From sequence record PP496443.1: a stretch of 64,000 nt of DNA, one strand, 5' to 3'. This document shows positions 28,227 through 36,634 of this stretch, one piece after another. The notes below the pieces were generated by a model, which was given only the letters and a program-made list of their open reading frames with translations, searched no databases and was not told the DNA's origin. How positions within the stretch are numbered: position 1 is the stretch's first letter; every line of letters starts with the position of its first letter. Made by a program: the position numbers and the translations under genes.

Positions 28227-28234
28227 CATTTACC
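28227..28234 (-). promoter_or_regulatory. GGTAAATG box
   Basis: CATTTACC on the plus strand, 63 nt upstream of 28164 and just after a terminator. Confidence 0.5.
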
Positions 28235-28252
28235 CAGTCTGTCAAGTCCAAC

Positions 28253-28286
28253 AAAAAGCCCACCGCCGGTTAGGGTCAGTGGGCTC
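28253..28286 (-). terminator. Intrinsic terminator after RNase H
   Basis: GAGCCCAC...GGTGGGCTTTTT on the minus strand. Confidence 0.7.
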
Positions 28287-28289
28287 AGG

Positions 28290-28952
28290 TCAAAACAAAC
28301 TGTTCTTCGGTACACGTTGCGTCAATGCCTGCAATTCATCAAACGTAAATTGGAACCACTCATGATCTCCGGATACCAGACTATCCGTGGGCTTGGCCTT
28401 CTTAGCCTGCTTCAAGATCAGCTTTCGCTGTTCCCCGGCCAGCACATCTGCCCGTTCATTCCCTACGTTGCCTTTGTGACCACGCACCCATGACACCTTG
28501 GCATTGGTCTTCTCTTTCAACGCTTTGGCACATAACCATAGGTCGAAGTTGGCGACTGCCTCTCCATTAGCTTTGAGCCCACCTCGACGCATCCAGCCAT
28601 CCAGATGATCAGTGAATCCCTTCTGCACGTATTGGCTGTCGGTTATCACCTGAACGGGTCGTGGCACTTGCCCGAAGATCTGTCGGTGCAGCATGTTGTA
28701 GCGGAAGGCGTCAGCCATGGCTGCAATAACACCTGACAGTTCCATGCGTGAGATCGTGGTGTCGTTGTATCCGGCGGCACGGTGACTGACCTCCAATACG
28801 TTAGTCAGGTCATTGAACTGTGCACGCAGTGGAGATAACACGGGGGCATTCAGGTCCACCATGCGGACAGCAGCCCAACCGCCAATACGGTCTTTCGATC
28901 CACAAGACCCATCGGTGTAGTACGTCAACGGTATGTTCTTCTTGCCACGCAT
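28290..28952 (-). CDS. rnhA: Ribonuclease HI
   Basis: YTDGSC, RMELSGVI, ITDSQYV, NFDLW and WVRGHKGNVGNERADVLA contain all DEDD/H catalytic residues. Confidence 0.95.
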   Translation of the reverse strand: MRGKKNIPLTYYTDGSCGSKDRIGGWAAVRMVDLNAPVLSPLRAQFNDLTNVLEVSHRAAGYNDTTISRMELSGVIAAMADAFRYNMLHRQIFGQVPRPVQVITDSQYVQKGFTDHLDGWMRRGGLKANGEAVANFDLWLCAKALKEKTNAKVSWVRGHKGNVGNERADVLAGEQRKLILKQAKKAKPTDSLVSGDHEWFQFTFDELQALTQRVPKNSLF

Positions 28953-28961
28953 GGTAGGACC

Positions 28962-29696
28962 TTACTTGGTGATTATCTTGTAGGTGAACAGTGCGTCGGA
29001 CAAGATGCGATGAACCCCGTCGGCTTTGTTTACGAACAGGTCAGCGATAGCTTCCGCATTGAGTGCCGGGTCGATCTGCCGAACGGCGCCATCACCCATC
29101 ACGTAGCCTTGATCCTGATCGCGGGTGCGTTCCTTGTCTTTCAGGATAGACAGGTGGATCACGCTACCGTAACGGAACATGATCTGTGCACGTCCGTGCG
29201 CGGTGCTCTGGATACGATCAACGCTGTCCACTACCACCTGACCGTACGTCTGTGCGGCTTCCATAACGTGAGCAATCATCGGAGACGCATAACCGGGAGT
29301 GCACGCATAACTAGAGCACTTCTGACCCAAGGTATGTTTCAGTGGATTGAACAACTGGAAGGCGGGCAAAGTCTTACCCATCGAATGTAGGCCGTTGTGA
29401 ACATCAGTCTTGTCCGCCATCACGTGCCAGTTGCGCAGGAAGATCTGGCTACTGGAATGGACAAGATACGGGAGTCGCATCAGATCCTCCATCCGGTCCA
29501 CGAACAAGTGAACGTCGATGATGAACTTGTTCTCCACCTTAGTCCACCGACCGGGATTGGTACGCTCGATCTCGAGGAACCCGGTTAGGGTCAGGGCCTC
29601 TAGAATTACACCCTTGGCAAGCAGTGCGTCCCGGTCGGTCAGGTTGAACAGGGATTCGGAATGATCCCGGTCGGTGATTAAGGTAATGTAATTCAT
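28962..29696 (-). CDS. Hypothetical protein
   Basis: 244-aa ORF in the operon. Confidence 0.65.
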   Translation of the reverse strand: MNYITLITDRDHSESLFNLTDRDALLAKGVILEALTLTGFLEIERTNPGRWTKVENKFIIDVHLFVDRMEDLMRLPYLVHSSSQIFLRNWHVMADKTDVHNGLHSMGKTLPAFQLFNPLKHTLGQKCSSYACTPGYASPMIAHVMEAAQTYGQVVVDSVDRIQSTAHGRAQIMFRYGSVIHLSILKDKERTRDQDQGYVMGDGAVRQIDPALNAEAIADLFVNKADGVHRILSDALFTYKIITK

Positions 29697-29714
29697 GGTA
29701 GGGTACCTGGGTGC

Positions 29715-30023
29715 TTACAACTTCTGAGGACTGACGGTGACAACGCGGATGTCGGCGACGCCCGCACTGATCTGTAGTTCGACTTTGATGAACAGGCTCT
29801 TGTCCTCGTTGGTGTAGTAATACACCGCGTTGGTACGCTTGAGGAAGAACTTTCCTTTGTTCTCACTGCGGTACACAGTGAAGTCTTCCATGTTGTCTTT
29901 CTTGAACGTGGTGAAGATCAGTTCACTGGTGATCTTGGCGACGGCTTTGGTGCCGAGGTCATCCAAGTCCCACTTTATCCCTACACCGGTGGACTGTTGC
30001 ACGAAGCTCGCGAGGGTAGTCAT
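29715..30023 (-). CDS. Hypothetical protein
   Basis: 102 aa, GGAG RBS. Confidence 0.65.
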   Translation of the reverse strand: MTTLASFVQQSTGVGIKWDLDDLGTKAVAKITSELIFTTFKKDNMEDFTVYRSENKGKFFLKRTNAVYYYTNEDKSLFIKVELQISAGVADIRVVTVSPQKL

Positions 30024-30496
30024 TTGGTCTCCAACACCCGAATGAAGTCGAGTGGATCTTTAATGATGGGGAAGAAGCAGTGTATTACCTTTTCTAATCC
30101 GGTCTGTGACGGGTGAGGATCATGGATAATCTTGCCGTCGTACATCACGACCATGTGCTGGCATCCACGCTTCGACGGCCCACCGGCTAGGTACAACGTA
30201 GGGAGTGCCAGATGAGTATCCCGCTGGGACAGGTGCATGCCACGGGATTCAAATGCCTCCTCCAAGTTGCACCAGAACGAATAGGAGCGTTCATCCTCGG
30301 CCACCGTTGTATCATCTACACTCGGGTAGAACTTACCTATCTGTTCCAGTGACAGACCGAACAAAGTAGCCACACAGGCCTCTGTGCAGTTACCCGAACC
30401 GGGACTACTGGAATCGAAGAGGGTAGTCTGATTGACCCGGCGGGCCATGGGCAGCAAAGCCACCGCGTCTTCCTTGCAATAGAAATCTACGCTCAT
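30020..30496 (-). CDS. Papain/C39-like peptidase-fold protein
   Basis: GNCTEACVATL...QHMVV...IIHDPHP gives a Cys-His-Asp triad pattern. Start re-called to MSVDF (ATGA overlap). Confidence 0.55.
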   Translation of the reverse strand: MSVDFYCKEDAVALLPMARRVNQTTLFDSSSPGSGNCTEACVATLFGLSLEQIGKFYPSVDDTTVAEDERSYSFWCNLEEAFESRGMHLSQRDTHLALPTLYLAGGPSKRGCQHMVVMYDGKIIHDPHPSQTGLEKVIHCFFPIIKDPLDFIRVLETK

Positions 30497-30645
30497 CGCA
30501 CCAACATCCATAGGCAGGTTGAAAAGCTGAATGTATCCCGGCAGTCAGACCACGTGAAGTATTCCCAGGTGAAAGCTGCAATGATGATTGCGGCGATTGC
30601 GAGTAACCCCAGATTAGTAGTTAGCGCTGTATCCTTCTTACTCAT
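30493..30645 (-). CDS. Small membrane protein (50 aa), missed by the ORF track
   Basis: MSKKDTALTTNLGLLAIAAIIIAAFTWEYFTWSDCRDTFSFSTCLWMLVR; overlaps both neighbours; GGAGG RBS. Confidence 0.6.
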   Translation of the reverse strand: MSKKDTALTTNLGLLAIAAIIIAAFTWEYFTWSDCRDTFSFSTCLWMLVR

Positions 30646-30832
30646 GGTTGCCTCCCGCGTTGGCCGCGTCCAGAATGCGGCGGGCGAAACCTTTGCGCTC
30701 TGCCATGCGCTTCATAGCTTTGCCGATGGCACGACCGAACAGGGTTAATCCAATACGGCTACGCATCTCTGCCCGTAGCCGGGGTGTGGCACGCTGTGGA
30801 ATCTTCAAACCCCACCGATCTACCTTAGTCAT
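30638..30832 (-). CDS. Small basic hypothetical protein
   Basis: 64 aa, ATGA-coupled. Confidence 0.55.
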   Translation of the reverse strand: MTKVDRWGLKIPQRATPRLRAEMRSRIGLTLFGRAIGKAMKRMAERKGFARRILDAANAGGNHE

Positions 30833-31047
30833 GACTTATCTCCAGTCAGGGGTGTGACTCCCAGGTAATTGCCGATGCGCGGAATGAACAATGGGCAGGC
30901 AGTTACACAGACCCAAGCAACGGACATGGGGAACACTACCCCTTGCAACATCGACCAGCCACATGCAAACAGGATGATCAGACTAAGTACTGCGTAGTAC
31001 GCGGACCAGATGATCAACCACCAAGCCTTACGGGACACGTTCTTCAT
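30829..31047 (-). CDS. Small two-TM membrane protein (72 aa)
   Basis: Start re-called to MKNVSRKAWW (ATGA overlap with the helicase stop, AGGAG RBS); two hydrophobic stretches. Confidence 0.6.
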   Translation of the reverse strand: MKNVSRKAWWLIIWSAYYAVLSLIILFACGWSMLQGVVFPMSVAWVCVTACPLFIPRIGNYLGVTPLTGDKS

Positions 31048-32651
31048 TTGTTCCACTCCTTGCGAGCCTTTAGCTGGGCTTCGGTAGGGGCCACCCGGAA
31101 TCGTGTGTTCTGGGGCGACAAGTTCTTGAGCAGTGTGGTGGTCACACATTCGTGCGGCGTGATATGCAGCAGCAGGTCACTGGCTCGGGTATACGACACG
31201 TATTGAACGTGGGGCAGCTGGCCGTCTTCACAGTCGAACCAGTCGTCGATCACCGCGACTCGTTCACTCTCCATCCCCTTCGCACCCCATGAGGTGTTAA
31301 GTTCCACACCTTTGCCGTGGTCATTGGCAATGATCTTGGTGATGAACGTCTTCACTTCGGCAGCGCTACCAAGGTCCCAGTTGGTGACGATGTACAACGC
31401 AGCGTCTGCGGCATCCTTGATCAGTGGCTCCTTGGACTCCTTACGCAAATCATCCAAGGCCTTAACGAAGTCAAGAGTGGACTTGCGGCCGCAGCGCATG
31501 GCGACACCAATCACCTGTTCCAGCACCTTGGCTTTCTTGAAGGTAACCTCCAGTCCACGATCCATGTATTCCAGCGCGATGCGGATCAGATGCTTGTTAC
31601 GGGCGCTGACCACGCGTTGCACGTCGAACTTAATCATGCTCTTGATGCGGTACGGATCCTTCTTGGTGTGCGCCGTCAGCATCTTGACTTGCCCACCCTC
31701 GGCGAAGGCTTCAAGCGGCACATCGGGGAATCGACCCTTGACGAACTCGACGATCTTCGATTTGGACCGGTACGTGGTGGTAGACGGCAATCTCTTAGCG
31801 TTGAACTCCTTGAACATGTCAGCCATGCCCGCGCTCAACCCACCTCGGAACGCATAGATGGCCTGCCATGGATCACCGACGAAGACGAACAACATGCCCG
31901 GCTTCAACCGGCGGAACAGGCGAAGCGTGTCGTGCTGCACAAGGTTGAAGTCTTGGAACTCATCGACGAACAACACGTCCGGCAGGATCTTCGCCAGCGT
32001 GGCGTACTGCGTGCGGATAAAGCTGTTGGCCAGAACCATGCGGCTCATGTCGTTGAAGTCTACCGACGACGTGGTCTCATCACTGGCTTCCAGCGCCTCA
32101 CATATTTCAGGAAGCAGTGGCACCACCTTCTCATGGGGAATCAAGAAGCGGTACTTGCCGGTGATCAGTTCCTTGATCTGCTTGGGGTCGCTGTAGGGAA
32201 TGCCCAATTCACGGATACGCTCTCCGTGCCAGCGGATGTCCTTGTTCACACGAGGCCCGTCTTGGGGGAACAGTGCGTCCACCACCTGGAACCACTTGTC
32301 GAACATGATCGGTACGGCCTTGGCACCCGTCAACGTCTTGAACAACTCCAGCCCGTAGCTGTGCATGGTGGAACTGGAGACCGCCCGATCCTTAATACGC
32401 TGATCGAACACCTTGGCGTTGTCCGTGTTGAACACGATGGCGCGCATGGTCAGCTTCGGGCACTCTTTACGAATGCGGCGGATAGTCTCGATGATCAGGG
32501 TGGTCTTACCCGATCCGGCACCGGCGTCGATGCCCACTGCGTCTTGTGGCTTGCCGGTGTACAAGTCTTTAGGCATCGACTTGGCTTTCTTCAAGATCTC
32601 GTTGAAGATGTCATTCTGTTGCTTGGACCAAACTCTTTCAGTAGTGGACAT
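31044..32651 (-). CDS. Superfamily 1 UvrD/Rep-like DNA helicase
   Basis: DAGAGSGKTT (Walker A), FVDEFQD (Walker B), VGDPWQAIYAFRG, TTYRS, TSWGAKGMES and YVSYTRA. Confidence 0.92.
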   Translation of the reverse strand: MSTTERVWSKQQNDIFNEILKKAKSMPKDLYTGKPQDAVGIDAGAGSGKTTLIIETIRRIRKECPKLTMRAIVFNTDNAKVFDQRIKDRAVSSSTMHSYGLELFKTLTGAKAVPIMFDKWFQVVDALFPQDGPRVNKDIRWHGERIRELGIPYSDPKQIKELITGKYRFLIPHEKVVPLLPEICEALEASDETTSSVDFNDMSRMVLANSFIRTQYATLAKILPDVLFVDEFQDFNLVQHDTLRLFRRLKPGMLFVFVGDPWQAIYAFRGGLSAGMADMFKEFNAKRLPSTTTYRSKSKIVEFVKGRFPDVPLEAFAEGGQVKMLTAHTKKDPYRIKSMIKFDVQRVVSARNKHLIRIALEYMDRGLEVTFKKAKVLEQVIGVAMRCGRKSTLDFVKALDDLRKESKEPLIKDAADAALYIVTNWDLGSAAEVKTFITKIIANDHGKGVELNTSWGAKGMESERVAVIDDWFDCEDGQLPHVQYVSYTRASDLLLHITPHECVTTTLLKNLSPQNTRFRVAPTEAQLKARKEWNK

Positions 32652-32682
32652 GGGTTTACCTTAACGCTTCACGGTTTCCATC

Positions 32683-32716
32683 CATTTACACGAGGCCTAT
32701 GCGCGTGGGGTAAATG
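32683..32716. promoter_or_regulatory. Divergent pair of GTAAATG boxes at the strand switch
   Basis: CATTTACA (32683-32690, minus box, toward the helicase) and GGTAAATG (32709-32716, plus box, toward the LigA-like gene). Confidence 0.6.
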
Positions 32717-32778
32717 AGCGTATAGCAATCGAATACGTGGAATTAGCCCTTAACGGCGTCCCCACTAGCGGAGAACAC

Positions 32779-34257
32779 ATGAAATCTGTAGCCGTTGACT
32801 ACCAAAAGATAGCCAAGGAATGCCAGTGTACCGAGCTGCCTTCTAAGGTAAGAGTTACGCGTGCACGGGTCTATCCAAACTTGAGGACGTGTCTACTCTT
32901 CCTCAAGTACGATGCCAAAGGTGAACTGGTACAAGCCGAGATCACTGCGCCGTACGACACGTCCACTGAGCCAAAGGTGAGGGTGCTCAAGCACCCGGAT
33001 AAGAAGTCCGACTTCCTTTCATTATATAGAGCGCTGATCCGCCACCAGATCATACCCGAGTCTATTCCGAAGAAAGGTAACGGGATTGCACCAACGCTGG
33101 AGGTCATCGGCACACTGGTGAGCCTGCTGCCGGAACGGGATGTCGAAACCTTCCGTACGCTGACCCCGGCCATCCAGACGGGCAGCGTCATGTACGTCCC
33201 TCTGGTTACGTCCCGGCCAATGCCCATGGTGCAACACTGGATACCCGTTGACCAGCATTCAGAGCTGGGCATGATCGAGCTGGTCGATACGGATAGCAAG
33301 CCTTTCCTTAATCAGTGGGTCAACAGGTTGAGCAACACCGCCACCGGTTATGTGATCTACACCCCGGAAGGCTCACACGGTCAGGAACTCGCCTGCTTCC
33401 GGGTGCCCAATGTACAAGGGGAGGAACTGTGTGTGGTCAAGAAGGTTGACTTCACCCTGACTGTTGCTCGCACACTCAAGCCGGTACTGACTGTATCCAC
33501 CAAGAGTACTCGGGCAGTGTCCCGCATTCCCCTACCCCACTATCTGATGCTGCGCAATCACCACATCAAGGTGGGCACGGTTATTTCCCTGCGTCGTAAC
33601 GACCGAGGTGGGTTGGTGTACCATGAGACGGTGGCCGAGGAAGGCATGACGCCCCTGCCGCTGTGTCCACACTGCCACAGTGGTTCTGTGCTGCGAGGTA
33701 GTAGCAATGACGTGTACTGCAATAACGATTCATGCCGAGGCCTAGCCATTGTGCGACTTCGTTATGTCTTGAACAACAAGCTGGACGTCAAGTACCTGAG
33801 CGACAATAAGGTAACAGCGCTGATCAATGACAAGCAGGACCTGTTCAGCTTGCTTAAGACACCGACGCACCAGTTACGGCACAGACCTGGCTTTGGTGCA
33901 CGTACCGTGGACGCACTGGAGGAGAAGCTTAACACTATTGCCGGTCTTCCACTGCACACACTGGCCGAGATGTCCTGCGCTTTCTACAACGTGGGCGTGC
34001 CCCCACTGGATGAGATGGTGTTCAAGAAGATCTTTTCCGTTATGTCGATTGACTACCTGAAAGCGCTGCCGTCTACCGGCAAGATGTACAGTCAGCTGCT
34101 CGACATCGAAGGTATCCGCAACAACCGCGCAGTGGCTTTCCTTGCCGGCTGGCCTGCATTTCAACAGTGGATGATAGACCTGAACGCTGCCCTACAGTCT
34201 CGTAGCGCAATCTCCTCCACGGTAAATAACCCGAAACAAATTCGAGGTGTGAAATGA
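32779..34257 (+). CDS. NAD-dependent DNA ligase (LigA)-like protein, apparently catalytically inactive
   Basis: Collinear with LigA (LEVIG, GYVIY, OB fold LKPVLTV/IKVGTVISLRR, Zn finger CPHC...YC...C, HhH PGFGARTV), but KxDG is replaced by PNLRT. No domain Ia or BRCT. Start re-called to the ATG at 32779 (GGAG RBS). Confidence 0.7.
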   Translation: MKSVAVDYQKIAKECQCTELPSKVRVTRARVYPNLRTCLLFLKYDAKGELVQAEITAPYDTSTEPKVRVLKHPDKKSDFLSLYRALIRHQIIPESIPKKGNGIAPTLEVIGTLVSLLPERDVETFRTLTPAIQTGSVMYVPLVTSRPMPMVQHWIPVDQHSELGMIELVDTDSKPFLNQWVNRLSNTATGYVIYTPEGSHGQELACFRVPNVQGEELCVVKKVDFTLTVARTLKPVLTVSTKSTRAVSRIPLPHYLMLRNHHIKVGTVISLRRNDRGGLVYHETVAEEGMTPLPLCPHCHSGSVLRGSSNDVYCNNDSCRGLAIVRLRYVLNNKLDVKYLSDNKVTALINDKQDLFSLLKTPTHQLRHRPGFGARTVDALEEKLNTIAGLPLHTLAEMSCAFYNVGVPPLDEMVFKKIFSVMSIDYLKALPSTGKMYSQLLDIEGIRNNRAVAFLAGWPAFQQWMIDLNAALQSRSAISSTVNNPKQIRGVK

Positions 34258-35018
34258 ACAATCAAAACAGAACTCGTATCGCTGTGCTTGTCGGCGGCGG
34301 TCTGGACTCACATGCGTACATGGTATTGAAAGCCGACCAGCCTCAGACAGACTTCATTCATGTGGACTACGGCCAGCGGGTTGCAGTAGCCGAGAGAAAC
34401 GCCGTGTTGCAAATGGCTGAGAAGCTGGGCATTGCCCGCAGCCGGGTGTACACGCTGATCTGCAACAAGAAGAATCACATGCGCAAGGTCAATGACGGTG
34501 TGGGTGTGTTGTTTGGCACCGGCCCGGTCGAGATGGACAATGCGTTTGTTAAGGGGCGTAACCTGTTCCTGATTCAGAAGGCCATCGAGCTGGGCTACGG
34601 TCACGTGCACTTGACGCTGACCCAAGAGCGTGGCCGGATGTTCCCCGATGCCGATCTGGCATTCGTCCAGCTGGTTGACAACCTGATGCACCGCAGTTAT
34701 GACGTGAGGGTATCCGCCCCCTACATCATGGAAGACAAGCATCGGGTGATGTTCAAGGCGTATCGGCATTGCCCCGAGTTCCTCGATATGTCTTTCACGT
34801 GCTGGGTAGGTCCTTATGTGGAATGTGGCACGTGCCCGCACTGCGTCAAGAAGGAAAAGATTCGAGCCGAGATGATCGTTGAGAAGATTGAATACGATCT
34901 CAGCAAGGATGAACGTGAGGCGCAGTGGGAGCAAGTCAAGGCAGGCTACGGCGACGCGTTGAAGCCCGCTGAGACCATCAACATGAACATTCAGGTTGTT
35001 GACGGGGAAATGAAATGA
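34254..35018 (+). CDS. queC: QueC-like PP-loop ATPase (copy 1)
   Basis: VLVGGGLDS, DYGQR...E, FVKGRNLFLI, FPDAD...F, AP and SFTCW...CGTCPHC zinc motif. Confidence 0.8.
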   Translation: MNNQNRTRIAVLVGGGLDSHAYMVLKADQPQTDFIHVDYGQRVAVAERNAVLQMAEKLGIARSRVYTLICNKKNHMRKVNDGVGVLFGTGPVEMDNAFVKGRNLFLIQKAIELGYGHVHLTLTQERGRMFPDADLAFVQLVDNLMHRSYDVRVSAPYIMEDKHRVMFKAYRHCPEFLDMSFTCWVGPYVECGTCPHCVKKEKIRAEMIVEKIEYDLSKDEREAQWEQVKAGYGDALKPAETINMNIQVVDGEMK

Positions 35019-35776
35019 ACAAGTTCTTATGTTGGTTCAATCGTCTGCTGGGTAAGGAGCAAAAGGCGGTAACGATGACAATGACCGACGCCAGTGGCAA
35101 GTTGGTCACCATTCATATACCTAAAGGTGCCGGGGTTGAGTACACCTTGTCGAAGTCGGGTGCCCACTTGAACGTCTCGGTCAAGGACGACATCTTCGTA
35201 TTGAGCACGAACGGTGCTGGAGGCGGTGGGGGTGGCCGCGGTAGATCCAAACCTGGTGGCCCCGGCCATCCGCCCGTGCATCCGCGCCAAACCGTCCCAG
35301 TGGGTCCAGGCGCCCCGAACATGGGTTGCGCTGGGGACGCACCGAGTGGAGCAGGTGTAACGTCGCCAGTGGGCGCTCAAGCTTCGTTCCCTATCGGTGC
35401 CCGAGCCACTGTTTCTAGTGGTGGCCGCGTTGGTGGTCTGGCGGGTGACGGACGGGAACACAGAGAACTAGGAGGTGCACCCGGTCCCGGCGGAGATAGC
35501 TTCGTTCCCTCTCCAATCCGTAGTAGTGACCGAGCCTATCGCATCCGCGGTCTGTACTACGTCATTACGACTCGAAAGCTTACAGGTGAGGAGTACCCGA
35601 CCCACGAACTTCTGCACTGGGGCCTTCGAGACATAGAACTCATGGGCAAGTTCTCAACGGTCCGTGAAGCTATCGACGAACTCAAGAGTAAGCTGGGTAT
35701 CGTGTTAGACGATATTACGGACTATCAGGTTGACTCCATTCCCAAACGGATGTGCAAACCACCGCACAAATCTTGA
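35015..35776 (+). CDS. Hypothetical protein with Gly/Pro-rich disordered centre
   Basis: 253 aa, ATGA-coupled to QueC-like copy 1; GAGGGGGGRGRSKPGGPG...GGAPGPGG. Confidence 0.6.
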   Translation: MNKFLCWFNRLLGKEQKAVTMTMTDASGKLVTIHIPKGAGVEYTLSKSGAHLNVSVKDDIFVLSTNGAGGGGGGRGRSKPGGPGHPPVHPRQTVPVGPGAPNMGCAGDAPSGAGVTSPVGAQASFPIGARATVSSGGRVGGLAGDGREHRELGGAPGPGGDSFVPSPIRSSDRAYRIRGLYYVITTRKLTGEEYPTHELLHWGLRDIELMGKFSTVREAIDELKSKLGIVLDDITDYQVDSIPKRMCKPPHKS

Positions 35777-35779
35777 GCG

Positions 35780-35787
35780 GGTAAATG
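35780..35787 (+). promoter_or_regulatory. GGTAAATG box
   Basis: Intergenic, 28 nt upstream of QueC-like copy 2. Confidence 0.5.
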
Positions 35788-35814
35788 GCTCGCAACTAAT
35801 CCGGAGACACTAGC

Positions 35815-36633
35815 ATGACCACTACACCCCCTAAGATTATCGTCGCATTCAGCGCTGGCACAGATTCAACCACAGCGGCCTATTACTATCGCAAGCTCGG
35901 GTATCAGGTTACGCTGGCTGTCTTCGATGATGGCCCCTGCAACGATCCAAAGGATCCTCTGTACGATCCTAACAAGCCGGAAGATCTTACCAATTTCTCC
36001 GACGAGTTCTACGATTACGTACGAATCCATCAAGAACACACTGAGGGTCACCTGCAGTTCGACTTTGTGGAGATCCGTTACCCACAGCTCCCGTTGTTGG
36101 AAGCCAACAAGACGGCTAAACCTGGTCGGGACAACGCGGCGGCAGCCGAAGCTGACGGCTTGGGGTTCTGGGTAGGCTTCAAAGGTCTGATGGCGATGAT
36201 GCTGATGAGCCACGGCGCGGCCAACGGTTACGAGGCTGTAGTCTTCGGCCACATGCCGTACAACAACCATTACGAAGATGAGCTGCCGCAGAACTTCGAG
36301 CTGCTGCGCCAGTACATGGTTACGGCCTATGGCAGCCGAGTGGAAATTCCTCAGATCTACCACCCGTTCTATCGACCGAATTTCGATACCAAGGAAAAGG
36401 TTATTGAGCTGGCGCAGGCAATCGGCGTGCCCTTGCGAGATACCTATTCGTGCCGCCGAGGTGAAGTAGAAACCCGAGGTATCCTATTGCCACTTCTGCG
36501 TGGTGGTAAATCCAACTACGTGAGCCCCACCTACCGCTGGAAGCATTGTGGTACGTGTGAGAACTGTGTCGAACGCAAGCGAGCCTTCGCGGCGCTGGGC
36601 ATGAAAGATCCTGCCCCTTATATGGAACATTGA
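35815..36633 (+). CDS. queC: QueC-like PP-loop ATPase (copy 2)
   Basis: IVAFSAGTDST, HPF...TKEKVI, TYSC and HCGTCENCVERKRAF. Confidence 0.8.
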   Translation: MTTTPPKIIVAFSAGTDSTTAAYYYRKLGYQVTLAVFDDGPCNDPKDPLYDPNKPEDLTNFSDEFYDYVRIHQEHTEGHLQFDFVEIRYPQLPLLEANKTAKPGRDNAAAAEADGLGFWVGFKGLMAMMLMSHGAANGYEAVVFGHMPYNNHYEDELPQNFELLRQYMVTAYGSRVEIPQIYHPFYRPNFDTKEKVIELAQAIGVPLRDTYSCRRGEVETRGILLPLLRGGKSNYVSPTYRWKHCGTCENCVERKRAFAALGMKDPAPYMEH

Positions 36634-36634
36634 T

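Noticed and set aside
32737-34257. Functional NAD-dependent DNA ligase, and the start at 32737
   Set aside because: The KxDG lysine and other catalytic residues are not found. The ATG at 32779 has a GGAG RBS and is the better start.
34254-36633. Standard 7-deazaguanine (dPreQ0/dG+) DNA modification pathway
   Set aside because: No FolE, QueD, QueE, QueF/Gat or DpdA recognised in the window. Not excluded genome-wide, but the local context points elsewhere.
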